Assembly (NCBI GenBank): GCA_049521895.1
Contig: JBEKOJ010000001.1
Location: forward strand, 482,717-546,716
Origin: Candidatus Saccharimonadales bacterium
GTDB taxonomy: Bacteria; Patescibacteriota; Saccharimonadia; Saccharimonadales; UBA10212
Direction: 5' to 3'
Length of the DNA stretch: 64,000 nt
Numbering within the stretch: position 1 is the stretch's first letter; the number at the start of each line of letters is the position of its first letter. A model generated the notes under the pieces. That model had not been told where the DNA came from, made no database searches, and was given only the letters and a program-made list of their open reading frames with translations. This document shows positions 16,375-24,598 of the stretch, piece after piece. The translations under genes were made by a program, and so were the position numbers.

Positions 16375-18624
16375 ATGATATTCAATAGCATCGCGCGCTT
16401 TTCTGTCCGTTTCCGATGGCTGATAATTATTGCCTGGCTGATTGCTGTACCACTGGCTGTCAAAACCTTGCCGTCATTATCCAGTGTCGCCCAAACCAGC
16501 AATACCGCTTTCCTGCCAACCAATGCCGCCAGCCAAAAGGCGGCCAATTTAGCTCAGCCGTTCCAAGGCAGCGCTACCGCCGCCACGGTTGAAGTCGTAG
16601 CGGTCCGCGGTTCGGGCCCACTAACTCAAGCCGACAAAAACGCTACCACCCGAGTTGAACAAGCTGCCGGCAAACTCAAAGATGTAAGTTTTGTACACGA
16701 CCAAGGCTTTTCGGCTGATGGTCAAGCCCAGCAGCTGCTAGTCGGTATAGGTAACGCTGCCTATGGTAACGATGCCCAAAAAATAATTGATAATTTACGG
16801 AGCACGTTCTCAAGCGCTGGGGCGCCGGCTGGGCTTAGCTTCCACGCAACTGGCTCGTTGGCCGAAAGTATTGACTCTGAGCGCGGCGGCAACACGGCTC
16901 GTAATAAAACCGAAGGCTACATCTTACTCTTAATCATAGTTCTGCTTCTTTTGGTATACCGCTCGGTACTGGCACCAATTATCACCCTGATTCCGGCTGG
17001 CTTGAGCCTGATTATTGCCGGCCCGATAATTGCCGAGTCTACGAAAATCGGCGTACAGGTATCGCTGATCACACAACTGTTACTGGTAGTATTGATCCTG
17101 GGCGCCGGTACAGATTACGGGCTGTTTTTGGTGTTCAGGGTACGCGAAGAATTGCGTAATGGATTAGAGCCCAAACAAGCGGTGACGCGCGCCCTGTCCA
17201 AAGTAGGCGAGACAATAACTTTTTCGGCGGCCACGGTTATAGCCGCTCTTTTAAGTCTGCTGTTGGCGACCTTTGGCTTTTATAAAGGCTTGGGTCCGGC
17301 GCTGGCAATTGGACTGGGTATAATGCTGCTCTCTGCCCTGACTTTTTTACCGGCAGTGTTGGCAGTTTTTGGACGACGTGCATTTTGGCCCTCAAAAACC
17401 CGGATTACGGACCAACGACTTGGCTTTTGGGGCAAGCTGGCCGATAGAGTGATTGAACGTCCGGTTGTCACGCTGGTAGCCGGCGTCATACTTTTTGGGG
17501 TGCTGATAGCCGGTATGATTGGTTATAGTACAACCGGATTTACCAGTAACGGTTCGCCGGCTGGCAGTGATTCGGCCAAGGGCGCCGCTGCCATTGCCGC
17601 CCATTTCCCGGCAGCTAATAATAACCCCCAGGAACCAGTTTTCCGTTTTAATTCGTCGGTATGGAATAGCGCTTCTGTGCTTCAAAAAGCCCAGTCCGAA
17701 CTAGCGGTTGCACCCAGCTTTGCAGCCATTGCCGGGCCGTTCAATCCACAGGTGCCAACGCTGACCCCGGCAGAACTGGTTGCTCTATACCAGCAGCTTG
17801 GCCCACCAGCCAATTTGCCATCAACGCCGCCAAGCAGTTTAAATATTCCGATCAAACTTTATGAAGCCTACCGCGCCACGGCCCAATTTATCAGCCCGGA
17901 TGGTAAGACAGTCCAGTTTTACGGAATATTAAAGGCCGGTCCAACCGGCACTGCCGCTGCTATGAACGCTATTCCAGCTGTCCGGACGGATGTGGCCAAT
18001 GTAGCCAAAGACATAGATGCGACCAACAACGGCTTACTTAGCGTGGACGCATTTTCCTATGACATCAGCCACGCGGCCACCAGCGATTTATGGAGAATCA
18101 TACCGGTGGTATTGATAATCATAGCGGCGCTGCTGGCCATTCTGCTACGTAGTCTGGTCGCGCCATGGTATTTAATAGCTACCGTCGGTCTTTCTTATTT
18201 AGCAACGCTGGGCTTCGCCATGCTGGTGTTCGTGCATTTCGGAAACAACCCGGGCCTTAATTTCATCTTGCCCTTTTTGCTGTTCATATTTTCTATGGCG
18301 CTAGGCGAGGATTACAACATCCTGGTGATGAGCCGCATCCGCGAAGAAGCCGGCAGCCACAAAGCGCTCAAAGCCGCTATCACCAAAGCCATAGGTGTTA
18401 CCGGCACAACGGTTACCTCCGCCGGTTTAATTTTAGCTGGCACATTTACTGTACTGGGCATTGTCGGCGGCGATAGTCAGGTCCAGCAAATTGGTTTTGC
18501 GGTTGCTTTCGGCATTCTGCTTGATACTTTCTTTGTACGTACTTTGTTGGTACCGTCAATCGCGGTGATGCTAGGCCGATGGAATTGGTGGCCGTCAAAG
18601 CTTAGCCGTCAGACCGAAGTTTAA
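16375..18624 (+). CDS. MMPL/RND-superfamily transporter
   Basis: 749 aa with two 6-TM bundles and the motifs GTDYGLFLVFRVREEL and GEDYNILVMSRIREE. Confidence 0.85.
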   Translation: MIFNSIARFSVRFRWLIIIAWLIAVPLAVKTLPSLSSVAQTSNTAFLPTNAASQKAANLAQPFQGSATAATVEVVAVRGSGPLTQADKNATTRVEQAAGKLKDVSFVHDQGFSADGQAQQLLVGIGNAAYGNDAQKIIDNLRSTFSSAGAPAGLSFHATGSLAESIDSERGGNTARNKTEGYILLLIIVLLLLVYRSVLAPIITLIPAGLSLIIAGPIIAESTKIGVQVSLITQLLLVVLILGAGTDYGLFLVFRVREELRNGLEPKQAVTRALSKVGETITFSAATVIAALLSLLLATFGFYKGLGPALAIGLGIMLLSALTFLPAVLAVFGRRAFWPSKTRITDQRLGFWGKLADRVIERPVVTLVAGVILFGVLIAGMIGYSTTGFTSNGSPAGSDSAKGAAAIAAHFPAANNNPQEPVFRFNSSVWNSASVLQKAQSELAVAPSFAAIAGPFNPQVPTLTPAELVALYQQLGPPANLPSTPPSSLNIPIKLYEAYRATAQFISPDGKTVQFYGILKAGPTGTAAAMNAIPAVRTDVANVAKDIDATNNGLLSVDAFSYDISHAATSDLWRIIPVVLIIIAALLAILLRSLVAPWYLIATVGLSYLATLGFAMLVFVHFGNNPGLNFILPFLLFIFSMALGEDYNILVMSRIREEAGSHKALKAAITKAIGVTGTTVTSAGLILAGTFTVLGIVGGDSQVQQIGFAVAFGILLDTFFVRTLLVPSIAVMLGRWNWWPSKLSRQTEV

Positions 18625-18663
18625 TAATAGGCAGTAACACCGGCGGGAATACATCAAGCCCAA

Positions 18664-18685
18664 AATACTTAACTTGTTAAGTATT
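18664..18685. repeat. 22-bp palindrome family copy (perfect: AATACTTAAC-TT-GTTAAGTATT)
   Basis: Located 40 nt 3' of the MMPL stop. Confidence 0.8.
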
Positions 18686-18753
18686 TCCTGTCAGCGGGGA
18701 GTTTATGGACCAGGAATGCGCGCCAAACCCCAGAATCTAAATCTCATACACCC

Positions 18754-19359
18754 TTACCTGTATTTTTTGTCGAATTCTCTATGCTGGAGGATATCCACAA
18801 TAGCGACACCGCCATGTGTGATTACATAGCTCACCCGTATAGCCAGTGAATCCGGAGTACTTCTTCCCTCAACTTTTCTATCTAACGGCGAAAATCGCCT
18901 TAATGTTACCTGGTTACCGTTAATGCGTATTTTTGCCGGTCCCGATAACATTTTTTTGGTTCCAGCACCCGTTGGTTGCTCTTGAATGCTTTTAATAATC
19001 AGTAAAATATCTTGCTGTGTAGCTGGGTTAAGCTTATCGAGCCCAAATTCTTCTATGAGTGTCCCCACCTCTAGGGGACCTAGTTCATAATTGCCATCGA
19101 TCTTTCTTTTAACTGAATATAATACTTTGACTGGCGCAGCCTCCCCAGCGGTTTTCTTTGCTTCTCCAGCGACGAGATCCGTTTGATCCGGCAGAGAACT
19201 TGGTTTCATCGAGTCAACCAATTTACGGGAAAAACGATCCAAAAATAGGTTATTAACGACGTTAGCCATATCTCCCAGTTCTGCTTTGGTACGGTGTGTA
19301 CGTATCCTAAAATATGGGTCACTAATAGAACCCGCTAATGTGGAAAAAGCTTCTTCCAA
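18754..19359 (-). CDS. Hypothetical protein with a possible RelE/ParE-like C-terminal domain
   Basis: The C-terminus LAIRVSYVITHGGVAIVDILQHREFDKKY resembles the RelE/ParE terminal strands and the H-R-x-x-Y region. This rests on pattern only. Confidence 0.4.
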   Translation of the reverse strand: MEEAFSTLAGSISDPYFRIRTHRTKAELGDMANVVNNLFLDRFSRKLVDSMKPSSLPDQTDLVAGEAKKTAGEAAPVKVLYSVKRKIDGNYELGPLEVGTLIEEFGLDKLNPATQQDILLIIKSIQEQPTGAGTKKMLSGPAKIRINGNQVTLRRFSPLDRKVEGRSTPDSLAIRVSYVITHGGVAIVDILQHREFDKKYR

Positions 19360-19419
19360 TTCTCTCGCGGAGGTCCTGCTAAACTCGTTAAAACTCTCGG
19401 ATATCTGGTCAAATGAGCC

Positions 19420-20340
19420 CTACTTTGAAAATGTGTCCCTCAGTACTCCTTGGATTCTAGTGCTATCCGGTGCGTCTATCCCTTGGTTAGCCAGTGCAAA
19501 ACTGGCCATATCCCGGATTTGCGTATATCGCCGATTTTGCTCGTTCTCGCCGACTTTTCTTATAAAAGCTTCTAGGAAGTAATCAGGAGTCTCCTTAATT
19601 CCTTGCAGAAAGGTGTGCAAAATACTCTGCTGCCTATCGGGATGTCTCCAATCTATCGCTATCATTCGTTTCAATTCTTCGCAAAGCGGTGAGTCGTAGC
19701 TCCCGTTTTTGGAGTGAGCTGCAAACTCTTTAGCTAGCTCAGGTCTTTGTTTCACTTCATCCACCAAAGCCCGCAGAACTTCCTCTGAAGCAGCATCCGC
19801 TTTTGTCAAACTAGCTATAAGCTCTGTAGAGCGCTTAGCCAGCTCTACCGTAGGGAAAGTCTCAGATAATACTTTACCAATAAAAGGGCTGTTAAAAGAC
19901 CGCAGTTCTTTGCCCGTCCTAGCTGCTGCCCGTATATCATTTTTTTCCGTGCGGCTGTAAAAACGGGCGGCGACCAACAGAAAAAGTCCAGCCTCCGCTG
20001 CGAGTCTAGAGGTATCTTGCGCGGAAATTTCGTGAGATAGATACGAGATTGGATTGCCGTCTTTTTCAGCCGTAGTGTATTCGGGACGGTTATATTCAAC
20101 TATATTAGTCTGTAGTTTTTCTAGGATCCTCGCATCGGCAGCAAAGTCAACAGTTTTGGCTATTGAATTCCATACCGCAGTTGATTGGTCTAACGGCTCC
20201 CGGTTTGCATCTAAAAACTCCTCAGGGGTAATGACCTGGTCAGAAAGATCTTTGCCTTTATCGAGAACTGTCTGCTCGGCCGGTGGGTGCTGAGCCTCGG
20301 GGGTTCTGGCCCTGATGAATCTCATTTGAAGATAATACAA
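19420..20340 (-). CDS. Hypothetical helical protein (306 aa)
   Basis: Long ORF upstream of 18754..19359 on the same strand. I recognised no motif. Confidence 0.5.
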   Translation of the reverse strand: MYYLQMRFIRARTPEAQHPPAEQTVLDKGKDLSDQVITPEEFLDANREPLDQSTAVWNSIAKTVDFAADARILEKLQTNIVEYNRPEYTTAEKDGNPISYLSHEISAQDTSRLAAEAGLFLLVAARFYSRTEKNDIRAAARTGKELRSFNSPFIGKVLSETFPTVELAKRSTELIASLTKADAASEEVLRALVDEVKQRPELAKEFAAHSKNGSYDSPLCEELKRMIAIDWRHPDRQQSILHTFLQGIKETPDYFLEAFIRKVGENEQNRRYTQIRDMASFALANQGIDAPDSTRIQGVLRDTFSK

Positions 20341-20394
20341 TATTTTTGAAGAATAGCAATAATTTTGTTAGACGCCAACACCAAACCCCAGGGT

Positions 20395-20967
20395 TTATAT
20401 TTTTGCAAGTTCTTCTCTGATGGCCTCAACATATTTCGGGGCGGCAATATCGTGTTTTACCCCGTCAAGCAAAATCAATTTACTTTTCTTAATCTTGCGG
20501 TTGGCTTCGCGAGCGCGCTTTTCTAACTGTTTGCCTTCCTTGGAGCCGGCAAATATCAGTGTTGGGCATTTTATATGTGAAGCAAGAGGACTCATGGGCA
20601 GTGCTTTAAAATTCTGTACCCGTTTCCTGCCAATGGCTTTAAGCCACCAGCCCTTGAGATAAGGAATGTCTTCGGAGAAATATGGAGACAGAGAGAACAA
20701 AAGGAGCTTCTTAGGGTTGGCATATTCTGCAGCTAAAACTAGCGAGGTTATGGCACCAAACGAGAATCCGCTTAAGAGAGAATTTTCTAAATCTTTCTTG
20801 AGAATTTTGTTTTTTACCTCTTTAACCCAGTCATCAATCGTTTTATAATTCCAGTCGATTGTTACAAACTTAGGGTCGTAACCGGCCGCACCATAAATAT
20901 CCAGCACCGATTTATAATTACGATCCTTTAAATCTTCACCCCACCCGGGAATGAGATAGGCTTTCAT
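20395..20967 (-). CDS. Alpha/beta hydrolase-fold protein
   Basis: 190 aa with the nucleophile elbow GFSFG. Confidence 0.65.
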   Translation of the reverse strand: MKAYLIPGWGEDLKDRNYKSVLDIYGAAGYDPKFVTIDWNYKTIDDWVKEVKNKILKKDLENSLLSGFSFGAITSLVLAAEYANPKKLLLFSLSPYFSEDIPYLKGWWLKAIGRKRVQNFKALPMSPLASHIKCPTLIFAGSKEGKQLEKRAREANRKIKKSKLILLDGVKHDIAAPKYVEAIREELAKI

Positions 20968-20988
20968 AAGTTTAATTGTATCGCCAAA

Positions 20989-21060
20989 CCCAGCACCTAG
21001 TGCTGAGATTATCTGCCTTTGGTAGATACTTTGTAAAAATACTCAGCACTAGGTGCTGGG
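20989..21060. repeat. 72-bp palindromic element with perfect 19-bp arms
   Basis: CCCAGCACCTAGTGCTGAG (20989-21007) pairs with CTCAGCACTAGGTGCTGGG (21042-21060). CAAACC lies on both flanks. Confidence 0.75.
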
Positions 21061-21065
21061 CAAAC

Positions 21066-21089
21066 CCCGGGAATTTAGATTTTTGAGCG
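21066..21089. repeat. 24-bp direct repeat, left copy (CCCGGGAATTTAGATTTTTGAGCG)
   Basis: Repeated at 21324-21347 with one mismatch. The two copies bracket the 74-aa gene. Confidence 0.75.
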
Positions 21090-21096
21090 TATAATC

Positions 21097-21321
21097 ATGG
21101 CTATGAAAAAAATAATTTGGTGGGTTGCAGGGATACTGTCGGTAATATTTATGTTGAACAGTATTGTAGGCGTGATATTAGAGGCCACTGGCGCTGATCA
21201 ATTGTCGCCAAACAAAAAAATAGATTGGGTCGGTATTATCTTGGCTTTAGCATTTGCGGTCATTTCTTACTTGATCTTCAAAAGAATCAATGAACTAGAT
21301 AGCCCGGCCAAGAAAAAATAG
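21097..21321 (+). CDS. Small two-TM membrane protein (74 aa)
   Basis: ORF MAMKKIIWWVAGILSVIFML..., with TATAAT at 21090-21095 directly upstream. Confidence 0.45.
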   Translation: MAMKKIIWWVAGILSVIFMLNSIVGVILEATGADQLSPNKKIDWVGIILALAFAVISYLIFKRINELDSPAKKK

Positions 21322-21323
21322 CT

Positions 21324-21347
21324 CCCGGGAATTTAGGTTTTTGAGCG
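21324..21347. repeat. 24-bp direct repeat, right copy
   Basis: CCCGGGAATTTAGGTTTTTGAGCG, matching 21066-21089 at 23/24 positions. Confidence 0.75.
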
Positions 21348-21436
21348 AGGACCACGACAAAAATTGTTAGGCATCTTTATTTTAAGGGTAATTTTTGTTA
21401 TAATAAAGGTAGATAAAAACATCGCCACCAAAAAAG

Positions 21437-21477
21437 CACGGAGCGATTGGCAATAATGCCAACTCCGTGTTTTTTTC
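21437..21477. terminator. Intrinsic terminator, possibly bidirectional
   Basis: Stem CACGGAG / CTCCGTG flanked by an upstream A-run and a downstream T8 run. Confidence 0.65.
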
Positions 21478-21616
21478 TTAGAAAGGTAAAGTTATGAAAA
21501 TACTCACCTTAGAAGAAATCAATTTTCTGGTAGGTTTATTTAAACTAATGTTAGATATAAAAGACTTACGTTCGAGGCGATAGGCAGATGGTACTGCAAG
21601 AAAATAGCGATAAAAA

Positions 21617-21976
21617 TTAGTTCTTATTGAGTCGGTCAATTTCTGCGTTGATGAAAGCCAGTGTTTCGAACTGAGTTGATGATGGTTGGTCATAAAGCAA
21701 GGTTGGGACTTCTAGATTTGCCATCTTATGGATAATGCTTAATACAGAGTCTCCGTTTTCAAGCAACAGAGTTTTTCCTGATTTAACATGAGTAAATTTA
21801 TAAAGGTTATCCTCATCTTGCGTATAGTCTGTTCTAGTCATTAAGACTGCGGCAGTTATATTTGGTCCCGCTGATATCTCTGGATGTTTTCGGTGTAATG
21901 CTATGGCCCCAATGAACATTGACTTATACAAAGACTTGGCATAGGCTTTTGCCATCCTTTTCTGTAGAAAATTCAT
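21617..21976 (-). CDS. Hypothetical protein (119 aa)
   Basis: ORF only; I recognised no motif. Confidence 0.4.
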   Translation of the reverse strand: MNFLQKRMAKAYAKSLYKSMFIGAIALHRKHPEISAGPNITAAVLMTRTDYTQDEDNLYKFTHVKSGKTLLLENGDSVLSIIHKMANLEVPTLLYDQPSSTQFETLAFINAEIDRLNKN

Positions 21977-21985
21977 AGACTTGAT

Positions 21986-22039
21986 TTAGGGCGTTAAACG
22001 GTTGATGTCGCGGGGGAAGAGAGTGGCTCGAGCTTCTGG
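21986..22039 (-). pseudogene. Orphan duplicate of the aspS 3' end
   Basis: The reverse strand reads PEARATLFPRDINRLTP*, while the functional gene 60-115 nt away ends ...KEATLFPRDINRLAP*. Confidence 0.65.
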
Positions 22040-22101
22040 CTCGGAGGTCGTTCCTTGGAATAATATTACAAGGTGCGACCTCTTAACAATCGTCAGGTTC
22101 C

Positions 22102-23415
22102 TTATGGTGCCAACCTGTTAATATCTCTAGGAAATAGTGTTGCTTCCTTTACGTTATTTAAGCCGATAATTTTTTCGGTTAATCGCTCTAGGCCCAAACC
22201 GAAGCCGCCATGAGGTGGCAGACCGTATTTAAAGGCTTGCAGGTAGTTCTTAAGACCAGGATCTTCTGGGTCGCCGACGGCCATTTTTTTGAGCTGCTTA
22301 ACCAGAGTGTCGTAGCGGTGCTCACGCATGCTGGTAGTAGCAATCTCCACACCACGGAAGAGTAGGTCAGCACGCTCGGCAAATTTCGGTTTGCCATCTA
22401 TGAGTTTGTGGTAAAACTTGGCCTCGGCTGCCGGCCATTCGGTGACAAATATGGCTTCTGAGCTAAGTTCTTTGGCGGCATATTCACAAATCCAGCGTTC
22501 CTCATCGGGCCGCAGGTCGTTTTCGCCAATGGTATTTTCGCCCGTGGCTTTGGAATATTTTTCGTGGATTTCGGCCATGGTCATAGCTGGAAATTCGGCA
22601 GGCAAAACCGGCTTTTTGGCATTCCAGAGGTTCAGCTGGGCCTCGCATTTCTCCCAAACATCTTTGACGACGGCATTAACTAAATTACTTAACAAGTTAA
22701 GTAATTCAGGGAAGGTGATAAAGCCCATCTCAACATCTATCGTTATAAATTCGGTCATGTGGCGCGTAGTGGCCGACGGTTCGGCGCGGTAAGTCGGGTT
22801 AATTTCAAAAACCCGCTCAAATACTCCCACCATCATCTGCTTATAAAACTGGGCGCTTTGGGCCAATGTTGCCTCTTTACCAAAATAATCCAGTTTGAAA
22901 ACCTCTGCCCCTCCCTCGGTAGCGCCAGGCAGCAGCTTGGGTGAGTTGAACTGGGTAAAATCTTGGCCATTCAGATATTTGCGGATGGCCTCTTCGGTCT
23001 CGGCTTGGATTTTGAATATTGCCTGTTCGCGGTTGTTGCGCAGCCCGATCACGCGTGCATCAAAAAGCGTGTCCAAATTTTCCGGCTTGTGGCTTAGGGG
23101 TTTATCAATTTCTACCGGCGACTCGTCCGTGACTGGTACGTCTACGGTAATTTTCGGCTCATGAATTTCCGCCCCGCCCGGTGCCCGCGGTTCATCAACT
23201 ACTTTTCCGGTGATAGCCAGGATGCTGCCGATCTGCAGGCCGCGCAGTTTTTCAACCTCGCCGTCCTCGCTCAATACGATTTGGACCAAACCGGAGCGGT
23301 CACGCATGACAATAAAGTTAATGCCGCCAATTAACCGTTTTTTGTGCAGCCAGCCTTGGATTTTAATCTCTTGGCCAACGTGGGATTTCACGTCGCGTGC
23401 TAAAACTCGCTCCAT
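22102..23415 (-). CDS. aspS: Aspartate--tRNA ligase, archaeal/type-2 form
   Basis: 437 aa with an OB-fold N-terminus and class II motifs: FNSPKLLPGATEGGAEVFKLDYFGKEATLAQSAQFYKQ, FRAEPSATTRHMTEF, GGFGLGLERL. Confidence 0.85.
   Translation of the reverse strand: MERVLARDVKSHVGQEIKIQGWLHKKRLIGGINFIVMRDRSGLVQIVLSEDGEVEKLRGLQIGSILAITGKVVDEPRAPGGAEIHEPKITVDVPVTDESPVEIDKPLSHKPENLDTLFDARVIGLRNNREQAIFKIQAETEEAIRKYLNGQDFTQFNSPKLLPGATEGGAEVFKLDYFGKEATLAQSAQFYKQMMVGVFERVFEINPTYRAEPSATTRHMTEFITIDVEMGFITFPELLNLLSNLVNAVVKDVWEKCEAQLNLWNAKKPVLPAEFPAMTMAEIHEKYSKATGENTIGENDLRPDEERWICEYAAKELSSEAIFVTEWPAAEAKFYHKLIDGKPKFAERADLLFRGVEIATTSMREHRYDTLVKQLKKMAVGDPEDPGLKNYLQAFKYGLPPHGGFGLGLERLTEKIIGLNNVKEATLFPRDINRLAP
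22683..22706. repeat. 24-bp palindrome AATTACTTAAC-AA-GTTAAGTAATT inside a CDS
   Basis: Has the same core as the palindrome family and encodes LLNLLS within aspS. Confidence 0.7.
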
Positions 23416-23519
23416 CCCGTTAGAACCTCACTCCGCTTCCATACCATTTACGGCGTCTTGAATCGCTTGCATGCTTCAAAACGCAAATATATTCTGATAG
23501 TCTTTGAGGTCTAACGGGA
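23415..23519. repeat. 105-bp TIR element, copy B (inverted relative to copy A)
   Basis: TCCCGTTAGAACCTCA ... TGAGGTCTAACGGGA, with the reverse-complemented core TACGGCGTCTTGAATCGCTTGCATGCTTC. Its first base is the last base of the aspS ATG. Confidence 0.75.
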
Positions 23520-23532
23520 TCCATTCTAGGTG

Positions 23533-24534
23533 TTATTCTACCTCAGATGCGCGTGGTTGGCCATGTTCTTTTTCGGCCTCGTGGTCATTGCCGCGCAGCC
23601 GGCCAAAAATTTGCTGGAGGATGCCTTCCAGAGTGATTACACCCGAGACTTCGTCAAAATTATTAATCACTACCAGCAGCATGGCGCCGGATTGCAAAAA
23701 TTGATCGAGGGCCTGGCGTAAGTTACACGATTCGTTGATAAAAACTGCCGGCGAATGCATCAGATCACGGATGTGGCCGTGGTCTTCCAAGTGGTCCAGT
23801 AAATCTTGCAAATAAAGCACGCCCAGCACTTCCGGGTCGGCTGACTTGGATATTTCTCTGACCACCGCAAAGCGCCTTTGGCCGGTTTTGTGCAGCTCAT
23901 CCATGACCATTGGTCCGATAGTCTCAGACGCCAGCACCCATTTAACCTTGGCGCGCGGCCTCATAGCGTCGCCAACAGTTTTTCCGTCAAAATTTAACGC
24001 GCCGGCGATGGTATCAAACTGGGCCGCGTTTATGCGATTATCTGGCTGGCGCGCCTGGCGCTTGAGCAGATCCAGCAGGTCGGCTGGCTCATAAAGCCCG
24101 GTTGACGGCGATGAGCGATGGCTTTTGATGACCTTGGCGGGCCTGCCAAGCAATGGCTGGAGCAGCCCCAGGATTTTGGCGCTCAGCGGCGCGAGTAGCG
24201 CCACATAGCGCATTTGCCAGCCGGACACGCGCCGGTTAGAACGGCCGGCGAGCGTTACCAAACTTATCAAGACGCCGGTTACCCCCGCCAGCCACCAACT
24301 AGTACGCGCTGCCCAGATAAGTAAACCCACGGCGCTGAAAGTGCCTGCAATCCACAACGCCAACTCCAGCGAGGAGCCGTAAGCTGCCGTTGCATAAAGC
24401 CGGGCAGCACGCCGGTCGTGGCCTAATTTGGCCCGGCGCCTCAGCTCAACCACAGGCAGAGCCCCATAAACTCGCTCAAATAAAACACTGTTACAAAAAA
24501 CCAGCACTAATACTGCCGCCAAGAGTATCATCAT
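23533..24534 (-). CDS. CNNM/CorC-HlyC family protein (DUF21 TM domain plus CBS pair)
   Basis: 333 aa with an N-terminal 4-TM domain followed by a CBS-like region (FDGKTVGDAMRPRAKV...FAVVRE...VVINNFDEVSGVITLEGIL). Confidence 0.75.
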   Translation of the reverse strand: MMILLAAVLVLVFCNSVLFERVYGALPVVELRRRAKLGHDRRAARLYATAAYGSSLELALWIAGTFSAVGLLIWAARTSWWLAGVTGVLISLVTLAGRSNRRVSGWQMRYVALLAPLSAKILGLLQPLLGRPAKVIKSHRSSPSTGLYEPADLLDLLKRQARQPDNRINAAQFDTIAGALNFDGKTVGDAMRPRAKVKWVLASETIGPMVMDELHKTGQRRFAVVREISKSADPEVLGVLYLQDLLDHLEDHGHIRDLMHSPAVFINESCNLRQALDQFLQSGAMLLVVINNFDEVSGVITLEGILQQIFGRLRGNDHEAEKEHGQPRASEVE

Positions 24535-24598
24535 ATCTTTAATTTTACGCTACCCGGAAAGAACCCGCTGCATGTTATGATTAGAATATAAAAGGAGT

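Noticed and set aside
23415-23533. T-box leader upstream of aspS
   Set aside because: The region is only ~117 nt, is occupied by a repeat that also occurs in inverted orientation elsewhere, and lacks a T-box sequence or a terminator/antiterminator.
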